A stretch of 64,000 nucleotides of DNA from a virus: positions 12,793-76,792 of the IMG/VR virus record IMGVR_UViG_3300002988_000032. One strand, 5' to 3'. Made by a program: the position numbers and the translations under genes. Within the stretch, counting starts at the first letter, position 1. Each line of letters opens with the position of its first letter. The notes beneath the pieces are model-generated. The model had not been told where the DNA came from. It saw only the letters and a list, made by a program, of their open reading frames with translations, and ran no database searches. Shown here piece after piece: positions 26,396 to 35,607 of this stretch.

Positions 26396-26671
26396 ATGGA
26401 ACCGACCCACGGAGATACCGCTCTCGAGACCTTGAGGCGTCGCGGGGCGACGACGCTGGAGATTTGGTGCGTCTCGGGATGGGTGGACGGAAAGCGATGC
26501 CGAAACCATGGTTCCGTCAAGATCGACGAGGCTGTCCGGCGATGGGGGCCGGGGACACCGTTGGTGATGATCGCCCGTCGAGCGCGCTGTCGACTATGCG
26601 GCGCGCGAGGCGCCCATGTTCAGGCGACAACACCCTATTCCACACCCCACCCCACACCGGCGAATTGGTGA
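26396..26671 (+). CDS. Zn-binding hypothetical protein (91 aa)
   Basis: WC...C and RCRLCGARGA cysteine pairs. Confidence 0.55.
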   Translation: MEPTHGDTALETLRRRGATTLEIWCVSGWVDGKRCRNHGSVKIDEAVRRWGPGTPLVMIARRARCRLCGARGAHVQATTPYSTPHPTPANW

Positions 26672-26815
26672 TCTCGACCCGGCCTCGCCCTTATGAAGGC
26701 GTTTCAACCTTCTCAACGCGCAGTCGATCCACGTCGATATTCAAACACCGCGACGCCCAGCGCGCGAAGTGAAGACGCGTCCACGAGAGCGAGGGGACCG
26801 GCGGCGGTTTTCGTC

Positions 26816-27229
26816 TCAGAACGGAATATCGTCGTCGAGATCGTCGTGGCGCGGCGCGGTTTCCGTCGGTCGGGGGCGCGCCGGAGCGCTTGCCTTCTCG
26901 TCGTGATCGCCTTGCCCTTCGGGTTTCCCGCCGACGAGCGTCACATCGTTGACCCGGACCCGAAGGCCGGACGCCTTCGATCCGTCTCGACGCTCAAACT
27001 CATGGATCGTCAACTCTCCCGAGACGACGACCTGCTGTCCCTTTTTGAGGTGCGGCGCGACGGCTTCCGCCCGCTTTCCCCACATCGAGCACTCGACCCA
27101 TTGCGTGGTCTTGCGGTCGCCGAAGCCCACGTCGTTCGCGGCGCGGAAGCTCAGCACGCGCTCGCCGCTCTGCGTCGTCCGCAACTCGCCGTCGGCGCCG
27201 AGGCGCCCGGTGAAGGTCCATACGTTCAC
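26816..27229 (-). CDS. ssb: Single-stranded DNA-binding protein
   Basis: GRLGADGELR OB fold, TQWVECSMWG, acidic tail DDDIPF. Confidence 0.95.
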   Translation of the reverse strand: MNVWTFTGRLGADGELRTTQSGERVLSFRAANDVGFGDRKTTQWVECSMWGKRAEAVAPHLKKGQQVVVSGELTIHEFERRDGSKASGLRVRVNDVTLVGGKPEGQGDHDEKASAPARPRPTETAPRHDDLDDDIPF

Positions 27230-29259
27230 GCGGCTTCTCCATCCTGTTCGGTGTTGGTGTTCGCCCCGCCTTGGGGCGTGGCGTCCTCATCCGGCACACC
27301 TTCCCAGGCGGATTCAGGAATGACGATCTTCGTGTTGTCGCGGACCCATTGCTCGGCGCCCGCTTCGTTCATTCTCGGGTCCGGCATCCCCCGCTTTCTC
27401 AGGTTATAGACGGTCGCCTCGCTCACATTGAGTCTCCGCGCAAAGCTGCACAGCGTTTTCTGTGTTTTTTTGCTGATATCAAGGGCGGACGACAGGAGGT
27501 ATACTCGCTCAACGCTGATGTTCTCTATGATCCATTTGCCTGATCCGGCATCATCAATTCTCGGATCTGGCATCCCACGCGCCATCCAACCGCAAATTGT
27601 TGAAGTGGATACATGGTTTTTTTTCGCGAATTCTGTGAGCGACGTAGAAAACTTATTTGCATCACGTTTTGCGCGAGACCGCTTTCTCAGAGAATCTCTA
27701 TCGACGTTATTTTTGATCCACGCGTCCGCCTCGGCATGATCGCGCGTAGGATCCGGCATGCCGCACTTTCTCCATCTTATAATTGACCCTATCCCAATAC
27801 CTCTACTATTGGAAAACCGAGTTAAAGTCTCACCGGTTTCCTTGCTGTTTTTCAGTGTAGCATTAAGCTGCCTTATTCTATCCGCATCGACATTTCGTTC
27901 AATCCAGTCTATAGCCGCCCCAGCCCCGGCATTAGGGTGTGGCATCCCACGGCTAATCCAGTTGTGAATGGTCGCCTTCACGACCCCGCATTCTTTTGCG
28001 AAACCACTCACCGTCATCGGTTTCGCTGCGCCGCACCTTATTTCGTGGAGCGCCCCATCAAACCGCCCCGGCTCCCGCCCCGCCGGATACTCGTACCCGC
28101 ACTCCGGGCAGATTGCGGAGATCGGATGGGCGCATCCGCACTTCGGGCAACGGCGGATCACCTCTCCCGCCTTCCGGGCGTTCTCGATCCGGCGCGTTCG
28201 CGCTCCACCCTCAAGAGACCATTCAAACGTCGCGTCCGGGAACCCGTGCTCCATGCACATTCCGGCGTGGTCGAGAACCGTCACGATGGTTTTCCCGGCA
28301 TCCAACCGAAGCCCGCGCCCAACCATTTGCAGGAAGACGCGGAGCGACCTCGTGGGGCGCAACAGGATCACGGTTTCGATGCCGGGAACGTCGAAGCCCT
28401 CGATAAACAGGTCGACGTTGACCAAAACTTTGATCCGCCCGGCGGCGAAATCCGCGACGAGGAGATCTCGTTCGGCATCCGGGGAGTTGCCGGAGACGTG
28501 AGCGGCGGATATCCCCGCCTCTTGGAACCGCGCGGCGACATTCTCGCTCATGGCGACGGACGGGCAAAAGACGATTGCCCGCGTCCCCGGCGCGATGCGC
28601 TGGTAATGCTCGATCGCGTCGCCAATCAGGACCGGGCGGTTCATGGCCTTGTCCAGATCGTCGGCGCGGTAGTCGCCCTTGCTCATGCGCGCGGCAGTCA
28701 AGTCCGGCTCGGTCGGGGCGAACCAGCGAAAGCGCGATAGATGCCCGGCGTCGATCAGATCCGCGACCGACGGCCCGACAACCAGCGCCTCGAACAGGTC
28801 GTCCAGCCCCTTCCCGTCCAGCCGTTCCGGTGTCGCGGTCAGTCCGACATGGGCGGCTTGCGGGTGACGCCGCATCAACGCGGCCCACGTCTTCGCCGCC
28901 GCGCGGTGGCATTCATCCCACATGACCGTTTTCGGCTTTGGGAACTCCGCGTCGTGGTTCCGCAGGGTATCGACGGAACCGATTTGCATGAGCTTGCCCG
29001 GCTCTCGCTTCGCCCACGGGGCGATGACGCCAAAATCGATCCCGGCGCGTTTGAACGTCCGCATCGCTTGTTTGATCAGTTCCTTTCGGTGGCACAGGAA
29101 CCACACGGGACCGACCCCAAGCCGTTCCCGCGCGATCTCCACCCCCGTGAAGGTCTTTCCCGATCCGGTCGGCATTTGCAAGACGACGGAGTGATGGGTT
29201 TCGAGCGCCGCCCGCACATCGGTGACGGCCTTGAATTGGTATGGTCGAAGCGCGCTCAC
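27226..29259 (-). CDS. SF2 (DEAD/DEAH-like) helicase with Zn ribbon and four C-terminal wHTH repeats
   Basis: LRPYQ, MPTGSGKT, DECH, LTATP, EGFD, QMVGRGLR; CPKC/CPEC; four GMPxP repeats. Confidence 0.9.
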   Translation of the reverse strand: MSALRPYQFKAVTDVRAALETHHSVVLQMPTGSGKTFTGVEIARERLGVGPVWFLCHRKELIKQAMRTFKRAGIDFGVIAPWAKREPGKLMQIGSVDTLRNHDAEFPKPKTVMWDECHRAAAKTWAALMRRHPQAAHVGLTATPERLDGKGLDDLFEALVVGPSVADLIDAGHLSRFRWFAPTEPDLTAARMSKGDYRADDLDKAMNRPVLIGDAIEHYQRIAPGTRAIVFCPSVAMSENVAARFQEAGISAAHVSGNSPDAERDLLVADFAAGRIKVLVNVDLFIEGFDVPGIETVILLRPTRSLRVFLQMVGRGLRLDAGKTIVTVLDHAGMCMEHGFPDATFEWSLEGGARTRRIENARKAGEVIRRCPKCGCAHPISAICPECGYEYPAGREPGRFDGALHEIRCGAAKPMTVSGFAKECGVVKATIHNWISRGMPHPNAGAGAAIDWIERNVDADRIRQLNATLKNSKETGETLTRFSNSRGIGIGSIIRWRKCGMPDPTRDHAEADAWIKNNVDRDSLRKRSRAKRDANKFSTSLTEFAKKNHVSTSTICGWMARGMPDPRIDDAGSGKWIIENISVERVYLLSSALDISKKTQKTLCSFARRLNVSEATVYNLRKRGMPDPRMNEAGAEQWVRDNTKIVIPESAWEGVPDEDATPQGGANTNTEQDGEAA

Positions 29260-29417
29260 TCCTCACCCTCCCCGCTCAAGTCCGGCTCACGGAACGGCGT
29301 GCGGTCGCGGAATTCGGATCGCTTGCCCTTGTTGAACGACGTGACCGGGCGGTGATAGCCCATCACCCGCGTCCAGATTTCGCAGCGTTGGCGTTCGGAA
29401 TCTTGGAGATCGGTCAT
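29256..29417 (-). CDS. Stand-alone NrdD C-terminal (glycyl-radical motif) peptide, 53 aa
   Basis: Read by hand: RCEIWTRVMGYHRPVTSFNKGKRSEFRDR; overlaps neighbours at both ends. Confidence 0.7.
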   Translation of the reverse strand: MTDLQDSERQRCEIWTRVMGYHRPVTSFNKGKRSEFRDRTPFREPDLSGEGEE

Positions 29418-30661
29418 CACGCGGCCCTCTTGTCGGAGACGACGACCACGACCTCGTCCACGCCCAGGCAGTGGCGGATATCGGCTTCAAGACGCCCGAC
29501 GAGCCAATCGCGGTGCATCACGTTCGGGGCGACAATCCGGGCCGAACCGGAGGAGATGACGATCCCGTTGGCGATGGGAGCGATCCAGCGCTGGTACGTC
29601 GTCGGATCGAAGCGCTCGGACCATGGCGGCGGAACGACGGCGGGAGGGACCGAAGGCCTCGCCGATCGCGTCGCGGCGGCTTGGGCGACGGCTCGGCGAA
29701 CGTCGTGGTCGAGAACGGCGGCGAGGCTGCGCGGCGGGTCGTCGGGCTTGCGTTCGGCGAGACGACGGAACTGCCGGCTAACCTCCTCGGCCACGGCTTC
29801 GGCGGTTCGATCCGGCGTCAAGCCGCGATCGAACCCATCCCCGATCCAGGCCGCGAAAAGCTCCTCGTCGCGGGGGCCGAAGGGGCGGTCCGGCAGGTCG
29901 AATATATCCTCGAACGCCTTGGAAACCGCGGATTTCACGGCTTGTACCGCCGCGACGGTTCCGGCGCCGAAATCCCCCGATCCCGGATCATCGGGCGGCG
30001 GCGGGCCTTCGCGCGTGGGGGTGCGCTCGCGCGTGAAAGCCGCCGCCGTTCCAATTTCAGATCTCTCTTCCCTCTTCCCTCCTCCCTCCTCCCTCAGCGC
30101 GGCCGTTTCCGAACTTTTCGGAACCGACGGGCGTTGATCGGTGTCCGGTTCGGAACTCGACCCGCGTTGGTGGCGCTTGCGTTCTGAACTCGCCCCCCGT
30201 TCACGCGCGGCGAGTTCCGAACACACCCCCACATCATCATCATCCGGTTCCGAACCGTCGTCGCGTTGATCGGTGTCCGGTTCGGAACCGGATCTTTTCT
30301 TCGCGCCCCCCCAAAGGTCCATTCTGACCCATTCATGCAGTTCGGGCGGCAGAGGGTGGACCTTCGTCGGCTTCTTGGGCTTCTGGTAACGGACGAAGTT
30401 GCGGATCGCGCCGTAAACCTTCCCGTGCACCGTGAAGCGCACTATCTGCCGGCGCTCCTCCAGTTCCGACAAGAGGGCGGACATATCGATATTGTCGGCG
30501 GGCATCAGCCGCATCTTCAGTCCGACCGGTTTCCATTCAAAAACCCCTTGGTCGTCGGCCTCGTTACGAAGGGCGAGGACGAGGAGCCGGGCGAGCGCGG
30601 AGCACTCGACGAAATCCTCGTCTGTCCATTGTCCCGGAAAGGTGGAGCGAATGCGCGCCAT
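29417..30661 (-). CDS. Phage replication initiator (O/DnaT-like) with C-terminal DnaA N-terminal-like domain
   Basis: MARIRSTFPGQWTDE...ADDQG N-terminus; TYQRWIAP...APNVMHRDWL C-terminus. Confidence 0.75.
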   Translation of the reverse strand: MARIRSTFPGQWTDEDFVECSALARLLVLALRNEADDQGVFEWKPVGLKMRLMPADNIDMSALLSELEERRQIVRFTVHGKVYGAIRNFVRYQKPKKPTKVHPLPPELHEWVRMDLWGGAKKRSGSEPDTDQRDDGSEPDDDDVGVCSELAARERGASSERKRHQRGSSSEPDTDQRPSVPKSSETAALREEGGGKREERSEIGTAAAFTRERTPTREGPPPPDDPGSGDFGAGTVAAVQAVKSAVSKAFEDIFDLPDRPFGPRDEELFAAWIGDGFDRGLTPDRTAEAVAEEVSRQFRRLAERKPDDPPRSLAAVLDHDVRRAVAQAAATRSARPSVPPAVVPPPWSERFDPTTYQRWIAPIANGIVISSGSARIVAPNVMHRDWLVGRLEADIRHCLGVDEVVVVVSDKRAA

Positions 30662-30679
30662 ATCATGATTCCTTGATTA

Positions 30680-30877
30680 TCAGCGCAAATTTGCCTTGTT
30701 GAGGGATCGCCCCCCGATGGTCAGCAACGCGAAGGCGGCGGCGAAGATGATCTCTCCCCACGAATACGCGACGCGTGGAAGCCGCAACGCGGCGGAGGCG
30801 TCGACCGGGCTGAACCCGTTCTCGATCCACCAGCACACCTGTTCGGTGGCGGCGTCCAGGGCGTCGCTCGCGCTCAC
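30680..30877 (-). CDS. Hypothetical protein (65 aa), paralogue of 31379-31558
   Basis: WWIENGF..DA motif shared. Confidence 0.5.
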   Translation of the reverse strand: MSASDALDAATEQVCWWIENGFSPVDASAALRLPRVAYSWGEIIFAAAFALLTIGGRSLNKANLR

Positions 30878-31092
30878 GCCGCGCCTCCACCAAACGACAA
30901 AATCTCCTGAACCCCCGCGGGCGGCTCGGCTCCGCGCGCGGCCTTGCGAATCTCTTCCGCCGCGTGCGTGAGGCGATAAAACCGCCCGAGATCGGTTTCG
31001 TGTCCGACCTCTCGGCGCGAAGCCTCGGCCATCTCGACGAGGATGCCGGCGGCATGTTGAATCCCGGCGCGGAAGGAGGAGGTCGCCGTCAT
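30874..31092 (-). CDS. Hypothetical protein (72 aa)
   Basis: Overlapping start/stop with both neighbours. Confidence 0.5.
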   Translation of the reverse strand: MTATSSFRAGIQHAAGILVEMAEASRREVGHETDLGRFYRLTHAAEEIRKAARGAEPPAGVQEILSFGGGAA

Positions 31093-31382
31093 GTCACGAC
31101 CTTCGACGCCGGCGATATCCCGCGAATGACGATAAGCCCGCGCGCGGTGCCGGTGCGACCGACGCGACCGCGCTCCTCCAGCCCCCGGATCAGACGCGCG
31201 ACGCCGGACTTCGACTTCAGCCCCAGATGGTCGGCCATTTCCGCGTACGACGGCATCACGTCATCTTCGCGGCCCGACAGAAAGGAGAGAAGGTCGCGCT
31301 GACGCCGCGTCAGTCCGGGCAATGCCGTCAACCGGCTCAATTCCGACGGGCGTCCGCAATACGGACATTTTTCGATCGTCAT
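31089..31382 (-). CDS. LexA-like DNA-binding domain protein (97 aa)
   Basis: LTRRQRDLLSFL...PSYAEMADHLGLKSKSGVARLIRGLEERG; no peptidase domain. Confidence 0.8.
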   Translation of the reverse strand: MTIEKCPYCGRPSELSRLTALPGLTRRQRDLLSFLSGREDDVMPSYAEMADHLGLKSKSGVARLIRGLEERGRVGRTGTARGLIVIRGISPASKVVT

Positions 31383-31558
31383 GATCCACCTCTTCGGCGC
31401 GTGCGCGCGGCGATGCGATTGACGGCCCGGCGCACCTCCGTCCACGTCGGGGCGTGAGCGGTCGCGGCGTCGATCGCCGCGAATCCCTCGTTGATCCACC
31501 AGACCATCATCTCGATCACAACATGTTCGAATGAGGACAGGCGCGGAGCGTCGATCAC
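31379..31558 (-). CDS. Hypothetical protein (59 aa)
   Basis: GTG overlap with the upstream stop; WWINEGF motif. Confidence 0.45.
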   Translation of the reverse strand: MIDAPRLSSFEHVVIEMMVWWINEGFAAIDAATAHAPTWTEVRRAVNRIAARTRRRGGS

Positions 31559-32133
31559 GCCGCCTCCGCCAACTCGGCCAGCCGCGCCTTGATGCCGCTC
31601 AGCATGCCTTCGACCGCCTCGACATCCGAACGCAACGCCGTGATCGCCGGATCCTCCTTGATGGGACCGATGAACATCTCTCGGGCCTTGCTCACCTTGG
31701 CGGGAGCGACGTCCAAGGCGGTCGCGATTTTGCGATCGGACCAACCGTCGAGATATCGACCGTCGGCGAAGACCTCGTTGATCTTGCGGACGATCCGCGC
31801 GGCTTCCTCGACGGTCGTCTCGGCGGTCGGCTCGACGACGGCGGCGCGCGGTTCGGACTTGGCGGGCATGAGCGGTTTCCTTTCTTTTTTGGGGGGACGT
31901 TGCCGGGCTTTCTCGGCGCACGCGGGACAACGGATCGGCCCGTCGCCGAGGATCCATCCCTTGCCGGCGTAATTGTTTTTGATCAGCGAGAGATCGGCCG
32001 TGTTGGCGCGGAGCCGCGCGGATGCCCCGCAATCGACGCACCACGCCTCGTGGACGCTGCGCGTCCGCCCGCCCTCGATGACCGTTTTGGGCACGGCCCA
32101 CCTCGGGAAATCGGGGCCGTCGACGCGGGTCAT
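31555..32133 (-). CDS. Zn-finger/HTH hypothetical protein (192 aa)
   Basis: CVDC and CPAC; WSDRKIATALDV; coiled-coil end. Confidence 0.6.
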   Translation of the reverse strand: MTRVDGPDFPRWAVPKTVIEGGRTRSVHEAWCVDCGASARLRANTADLSLIKNNYAGKGWILGDGPIRCPACAEKARQRPPKKERKPLMPAKSEPRAAVVEPTAETTVEEAARIVRKINEVFADGRYLDGWSDRKIATALDVAPAKVSKAREMFIGPIKEDPAITALRSDVEAVEGMLSGIKARLAELAEAA

Positions 32134-32720
32134 GACCTCTCCTCGCGAATCCAGGGAACCGGGGTCGTCTCGGCGGGGATGTACAAGGGGTGTTCCGGGC
32201 GTCCGCCCTTGGTCAGGCGGAGGACCAGCGGGGTGACGCCCCGGGAACGGATGTGGTTTTCGACGGCCGCCGCGCGATCGTCGACCATCGCCCTGCCCCA
32301 TTTATCGCGACCGGCGGCGCCCCAGGCGCAAACGAGCGTTCCACGCCCGCCCGCCACGCGGTCGACGGCGGCGGCGATGAACGCGTCGTTGTCCGGGCCG
32401 ACCGGATCCGGCGCCGCGAAGATCGCGGCGGGGTTCGTCGATCGCAGCGCGAACAGATTAACGACGATCAGTTCCGAACACGCCCAGCGCGCCGCGAAGC
32501 CGCGAAGCCGGCGGATCGTTGGATCGTCGCGCGCGGCGGCGGCGGTCGACGGATTGAGCATGACGAACACCGCCGCCGGACCGTCGAACGGGTCGATCGT
32601 TCGGCGGAGTTGATACCGATATCGACCATCGGGAGTTTCAATCCACGCCTCCGCGCGGGAGGCGACGAGGCGCGTCGTCCACAACAAGGCGGAGGCGATG
32701 TCGTTGGATCGGTCGATCAT
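32130..32720 (-). CDS. DUF1643-family protein
   Basis: YRYQLRR, FVMLNPSTA, DDPTIRR, VNLFALRSTNP, PEHPLY. Confidence 0.85.
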   Translation of the reverse strand: MIDRSNDIASALLWTTRLVASRAEAWIETPDGRYRYQLRRTIDPFDGPAAVFVMLNPSTAAAARDDPTIRRLRGFAARWACSELIVVNLFALRSTNPAAIFAAPDPVGPDNDAFIAAAVDRVAGGRGTLVCAWGAAGRDKWGRAMVDDRAAAVENHIRSRGVTPLVLRLTKGGRPEHPLYIPAETTPVPWIREERS

Positions 32721-32914
32721 GGCGCCGCGCCCTCCCCCGCCGATCGCGCGCCGCGCCCAGGCTCCCACCCCTCGCCCGGACGAATCTCGCGACACGCGCG
32801 GCATGGCCCGTCGGCGAAATCCCCGACGTGGTGGGCGCACGTTCCGCATCGGGCGACGCCCGGCGTCGTCTCGAGGCGGGAGTTTCCGATCTTGTCGGCG
32901 CGAACGTGTCTCAT
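32717..32914 (-). CDS. Small Cys-containing protein (65 aa)
   Basis: CGTC and CRAC pairs; overlaps neighbours. Confidence 0.45.
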   Translation of the reverse strand: MRHVRADKIGNSRLETTPGVARCGTCAHHVGDFADGPCRACREIRPGEGWEPGRGARSAGEGAAP

Positions 32915-33501
32915 GCCGCCACCTCGTTATCGAAGAGATCAACCTGATTTCCCCAGCAATCCCAGCCGGCGACGGTGGAACGGGCGAAAAGCTCCGCCTT
33001 CTCGACCCCCGGATAAGCGCGGTCCAAATCGGAATAGAGGCGGTCCGGCTTGCGCGAGTGCTCGCGCCGGCGGGCGGAGATGATGTTGGGCACGGCCATG
33101 TTGCGCCAACGTCCGGGGGAGCCGCGCGTCCCCACAATCCACGGCTCCGCCGACGACCGCCAATAGTAGCCGGTGCCGATCGCCGGATCGCCGTCGACGG
33201 TCAGTTTTTCCCAACAGCCCATGGTCGCGTACTTGAAACCCCACGCATCCATCACGGTCAACGCGGCGGGGAGAAACGGCGCGGTCGTCCACATCACCAA
33301 CATACAGTTACGATTTGACAGCGACCCGACCGGCAACGCGGCGATCTCATCGAGCGTCATCGTGGGGTAAGGGCACGGTTTGCCGTTGCCCTTCTCCGAC
33401 CACGTTTTGAACTTCCATGGGGGGTCGGCGAGGATCACGCCGTACCGACGCGGCGTGAGGTTCCCGAACGGCCAGTCGCGGGGGCGGGGGTCGAGCATCA
33501 C
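32911..33501 (-). CDS. MT-A70 family adenine methyltransferase
   Basis: VILADPPW, YPTMTLDEI, WGFKY, HSRKPD, ELFAR. Confidence 0.9.
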   Translation of the reverse strand: MMLDPRPRDWPFGNLTPRRYGVILADPPWKFKTWSEKGNGKPCPYPTMTLDEIAALPVGSLSNRNCMLVMWTTAPFLPAALTVMDAWGFKYATMGCWEKLTVDGDPAIGTGYYWRSSAEPWIVGTRGSPGRWRNMAVPNIISARRREHSRKPDRLYSDLDRAYPGVEKAELFARSTVAGWDCWGNQVDLFDNEVAA

Positions 33502-33743
33502 GCGACCTCATCAGTCTTGTCGCGCCCGTCGACGCGGATCACGAGGACATCGCTGAAGGCGAGCAGGATCGCCGCGCCGACGATGTCGGCGGCGATGATG
33601 ACGCACGCTCCGATGAAGACGTGCGGGGGCGCCCGGAACAGCGCGGCCGCGGAGACGACGACGACGAACAGGCATGCGACCATGAAAACAGCCTTCGCCA
33701 AAATCACGGCGGCGCGCCAAACTCGCTCGCATATCTTGATCAT
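33498..33743 (-). CDS. Small two-TM membrane protein
   Basis: Two hydrophobic segments. Confidence 0.45.
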   Translation of the reverse strand: MIKICERVWRAAVILAKAVFMVACLFVVVVSAAALFRAPPHVFIGACVIIAADIVGAAILLAFSDVLVIRVDGRDKTDEVA

Positions 33744-33976
33744 TTCCACGCACCCCTCCCCATCCCCGCCTTCACGACGGCCTTTCGCAGCCAGTCCGGC
33801 CAAACCCCGGATCCCTCCAGCACCTTTTCGGCATAGGGAAGGGGGGTATCGTCAAAACGCTCGTCGCCGACGACCGGCGCGTGGCGATGCGGGCATTAAG
33901 GTCGATGACGGTCATGGTTCCTCCCGTTTGTCCGGCGCCGCGTGATCGTCGGCACCGGACATGGATCGGCCTACGA

Positions 33977-35011
33977 TCAGGAAGGCTTGCCGGAGAAAAC
34001 CGGGAGGCCGGTCTCCTCGCCCACCTTGGCGGCGACGGCATCGACGGCGAGTTTGATGAGACGCGGCGCGTCGATCAGTTCGACGCCCCAAAACGGCGTT
34101 CCGCCCTTCTGGCGATAGAACAGACGCACGGGCAACAGGTGCCTCTCGCCGCGATCGAAGACCGGGATGTTGACGAAGAACATTTCCGGCACGGTGATCT
34201 TTCGACCGGCGCTGTCGCGGGTGTCGTGCTCCTCGCTGAAATGAACGACGCGCTCGCCGGTCTTGGGACTGAACGCCGAGACGACCTTCTGCCCGACCGC
34301 GATCTCGATCCCGCGCGACAGCGCGTTGAGGCGCTGGACGTTGCCGAAGCGGATCTTGCGCAGCTTGTGAACCGCCGACCGCGGGATGTACCGATCCTCG
34401 TCGGGGTCGTCGGCCTCAACGCGCTCCGCGTCCAGCGCCGCGTCGTCGATCTCGCCCTTGTCGTCGTGCAGGTTCAGAAGATCGAGCACGAGGTCGAGAG
34501 AGTCCTTGGGCAACATCATCCAGTCGAGCGGGGGATTCTCGATGTCGTACTGACGATCCTGGAGGAAGACGGCGAAGGTCGCTTGATCCTTCAGCCCCTC
34601 CCGCGTCGCGTTGATCCACGCCGTCATGGGATCGGACAGGGGGAAGGTGTATTTCGCGATGTGCTCGCAGAAGCTGGGATCGGCGTTCGGCCCCACGCCG
34701 TGATAATCGACCATGCCCAGCATCTCGGGCGACTTGACGGTTCCGCCCGCGAACACCGCGCTTTCCGGCTTCTTGAAGCGGTTCATGTAGTCGATGAAGC
34801 TCTCGGCGGTCGTCAACTCCGCCGTGGTTTTCAGCCGCTCGGGCCGCTCGAGATACTCATCGAGCAACGCCTTGACGCTTTTGACCTCCCGTCCGGCCGG
34901 CTCGTCGACGACGACCTTCCCGTTCGGCAAGGTGAGCAGTCTGGCGGGATCGAGCGCCTCCATTTGGGAGATGATCGCGGCGGCGTCGCCGGTGCTTTGG
35001 TCGGTGAACAT
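33977..35011 (-). CDS. DUF2303 (YfdQ-like) protein
   Basis: LDEYLERPER, SFIDYMNRFK, VDYH, FFVNIPVF patterns. Confidence 0.75.
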   Translation of the reverse strand: MFTDQSTGDAAAIISQMEALDPARLLTLPNGKVVVDEPAGREVKSVKALLDEYLERPERLKTTAELTTAESFIDYMNRFKKPESAVFAGGTVKSPEMLGMVDYHGVGPNADPSFCEHIAKYTFPLSDPMTAWINATREGLKDQATFAVFLQDRQYDIENPPLDWMMLPKDSLDLVLDLLNLHDDKGEIDDAALDAERVEADDPDEDRYIPRSAVHKLRKIRFGNVQRLNALSRGIEIAVGQKVVSAFSPKTGERVVHFSEEHDTRDSAGRKITVPEMFFVNIPVFDRGERHLLPVRLFYRQKGGTPFWGVELIDAPRLIKLAVDAVAAKVGEETGLPVFSGKPS

Positions 35012-35048
35012 GTTTCGTCCTCGGTGTGTCGTGGTGGAAAAGGGGTGA

Positions 35049-35414
35049 TCAAGCGCCTTGGCCGCGGCGACGGCCCAAGTCGTCGCCTTCAAAGAGGGTT
35101 CCCCGCGCCGGATCGCGAGCGGTCAAACCGTCGCCCTTCTCGGTCGCGAAGAAGCGTTCCTTCAGAACCGGGCGCTTGGGCGAGGTCGCCTTGGATTCGA
35201 TCGCCACGTCGATACCCTTGGCGTCGGCGGCGAAACTGATGGTCAGGGTCAGCTTGCCCTTGTGGGTGCCGCCGTAATTCTCGACGTAGGAACCCAGGGT
35301 TTCGACGAGGGTCCGGTAATCCCGCGTGGCGTCGGCGCCGTCGTCGCCGTTGTTGAGAACGGCGATCAGTCGATCGACGGTCTGGATTTCATAGGCCCTG
35401 TTGGTCTCGGACAT
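35049..35414 (-). CDS. Hypothetical protein typically paired with DUF2303
   Basis: KGKLTLTISF...FFATEKGDGLTARDP. Confidence 0.6.
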   Translation of the reverse strand: MSETNRAYEIQTVDRLIAVLNNGDDGADATRDYRTLVETLGSYVENYGGTHKGKLTLTISFAADAKGIDVAIESKATSPKRPVLKERFFATEKGDGLTARDPARGTLFEGDDLGRRRGQGA

Positions 35415-35424
35415 ATTCACTCAC

Positions 35425-35607
35425 TCACAGGTTCATGCCGCCGAACGGGCGGCGTCGTTCGACAGGGGACGACCCCGCCGCGATCCTCGCTCTGATGGGG
35501 ATTCCCCAGTTGATGAGAGCCGCCCCGGTCACCGAACGGAGTTGCGCGGCGGCGAGACCGCCCACGTCGTTTCCGCCGATCTCGGCGGGCTTGCTCGTTT
35601 CGGTCAT
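35425..35607 (-). pseudogene. Possible truncated GapR (DUF2312) remnant
   Basis: GGNDVGGLAAAQLRS resembles the GapR N-terminus, but the IERIERLEEE helix is absent. Confidence 0.35.
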
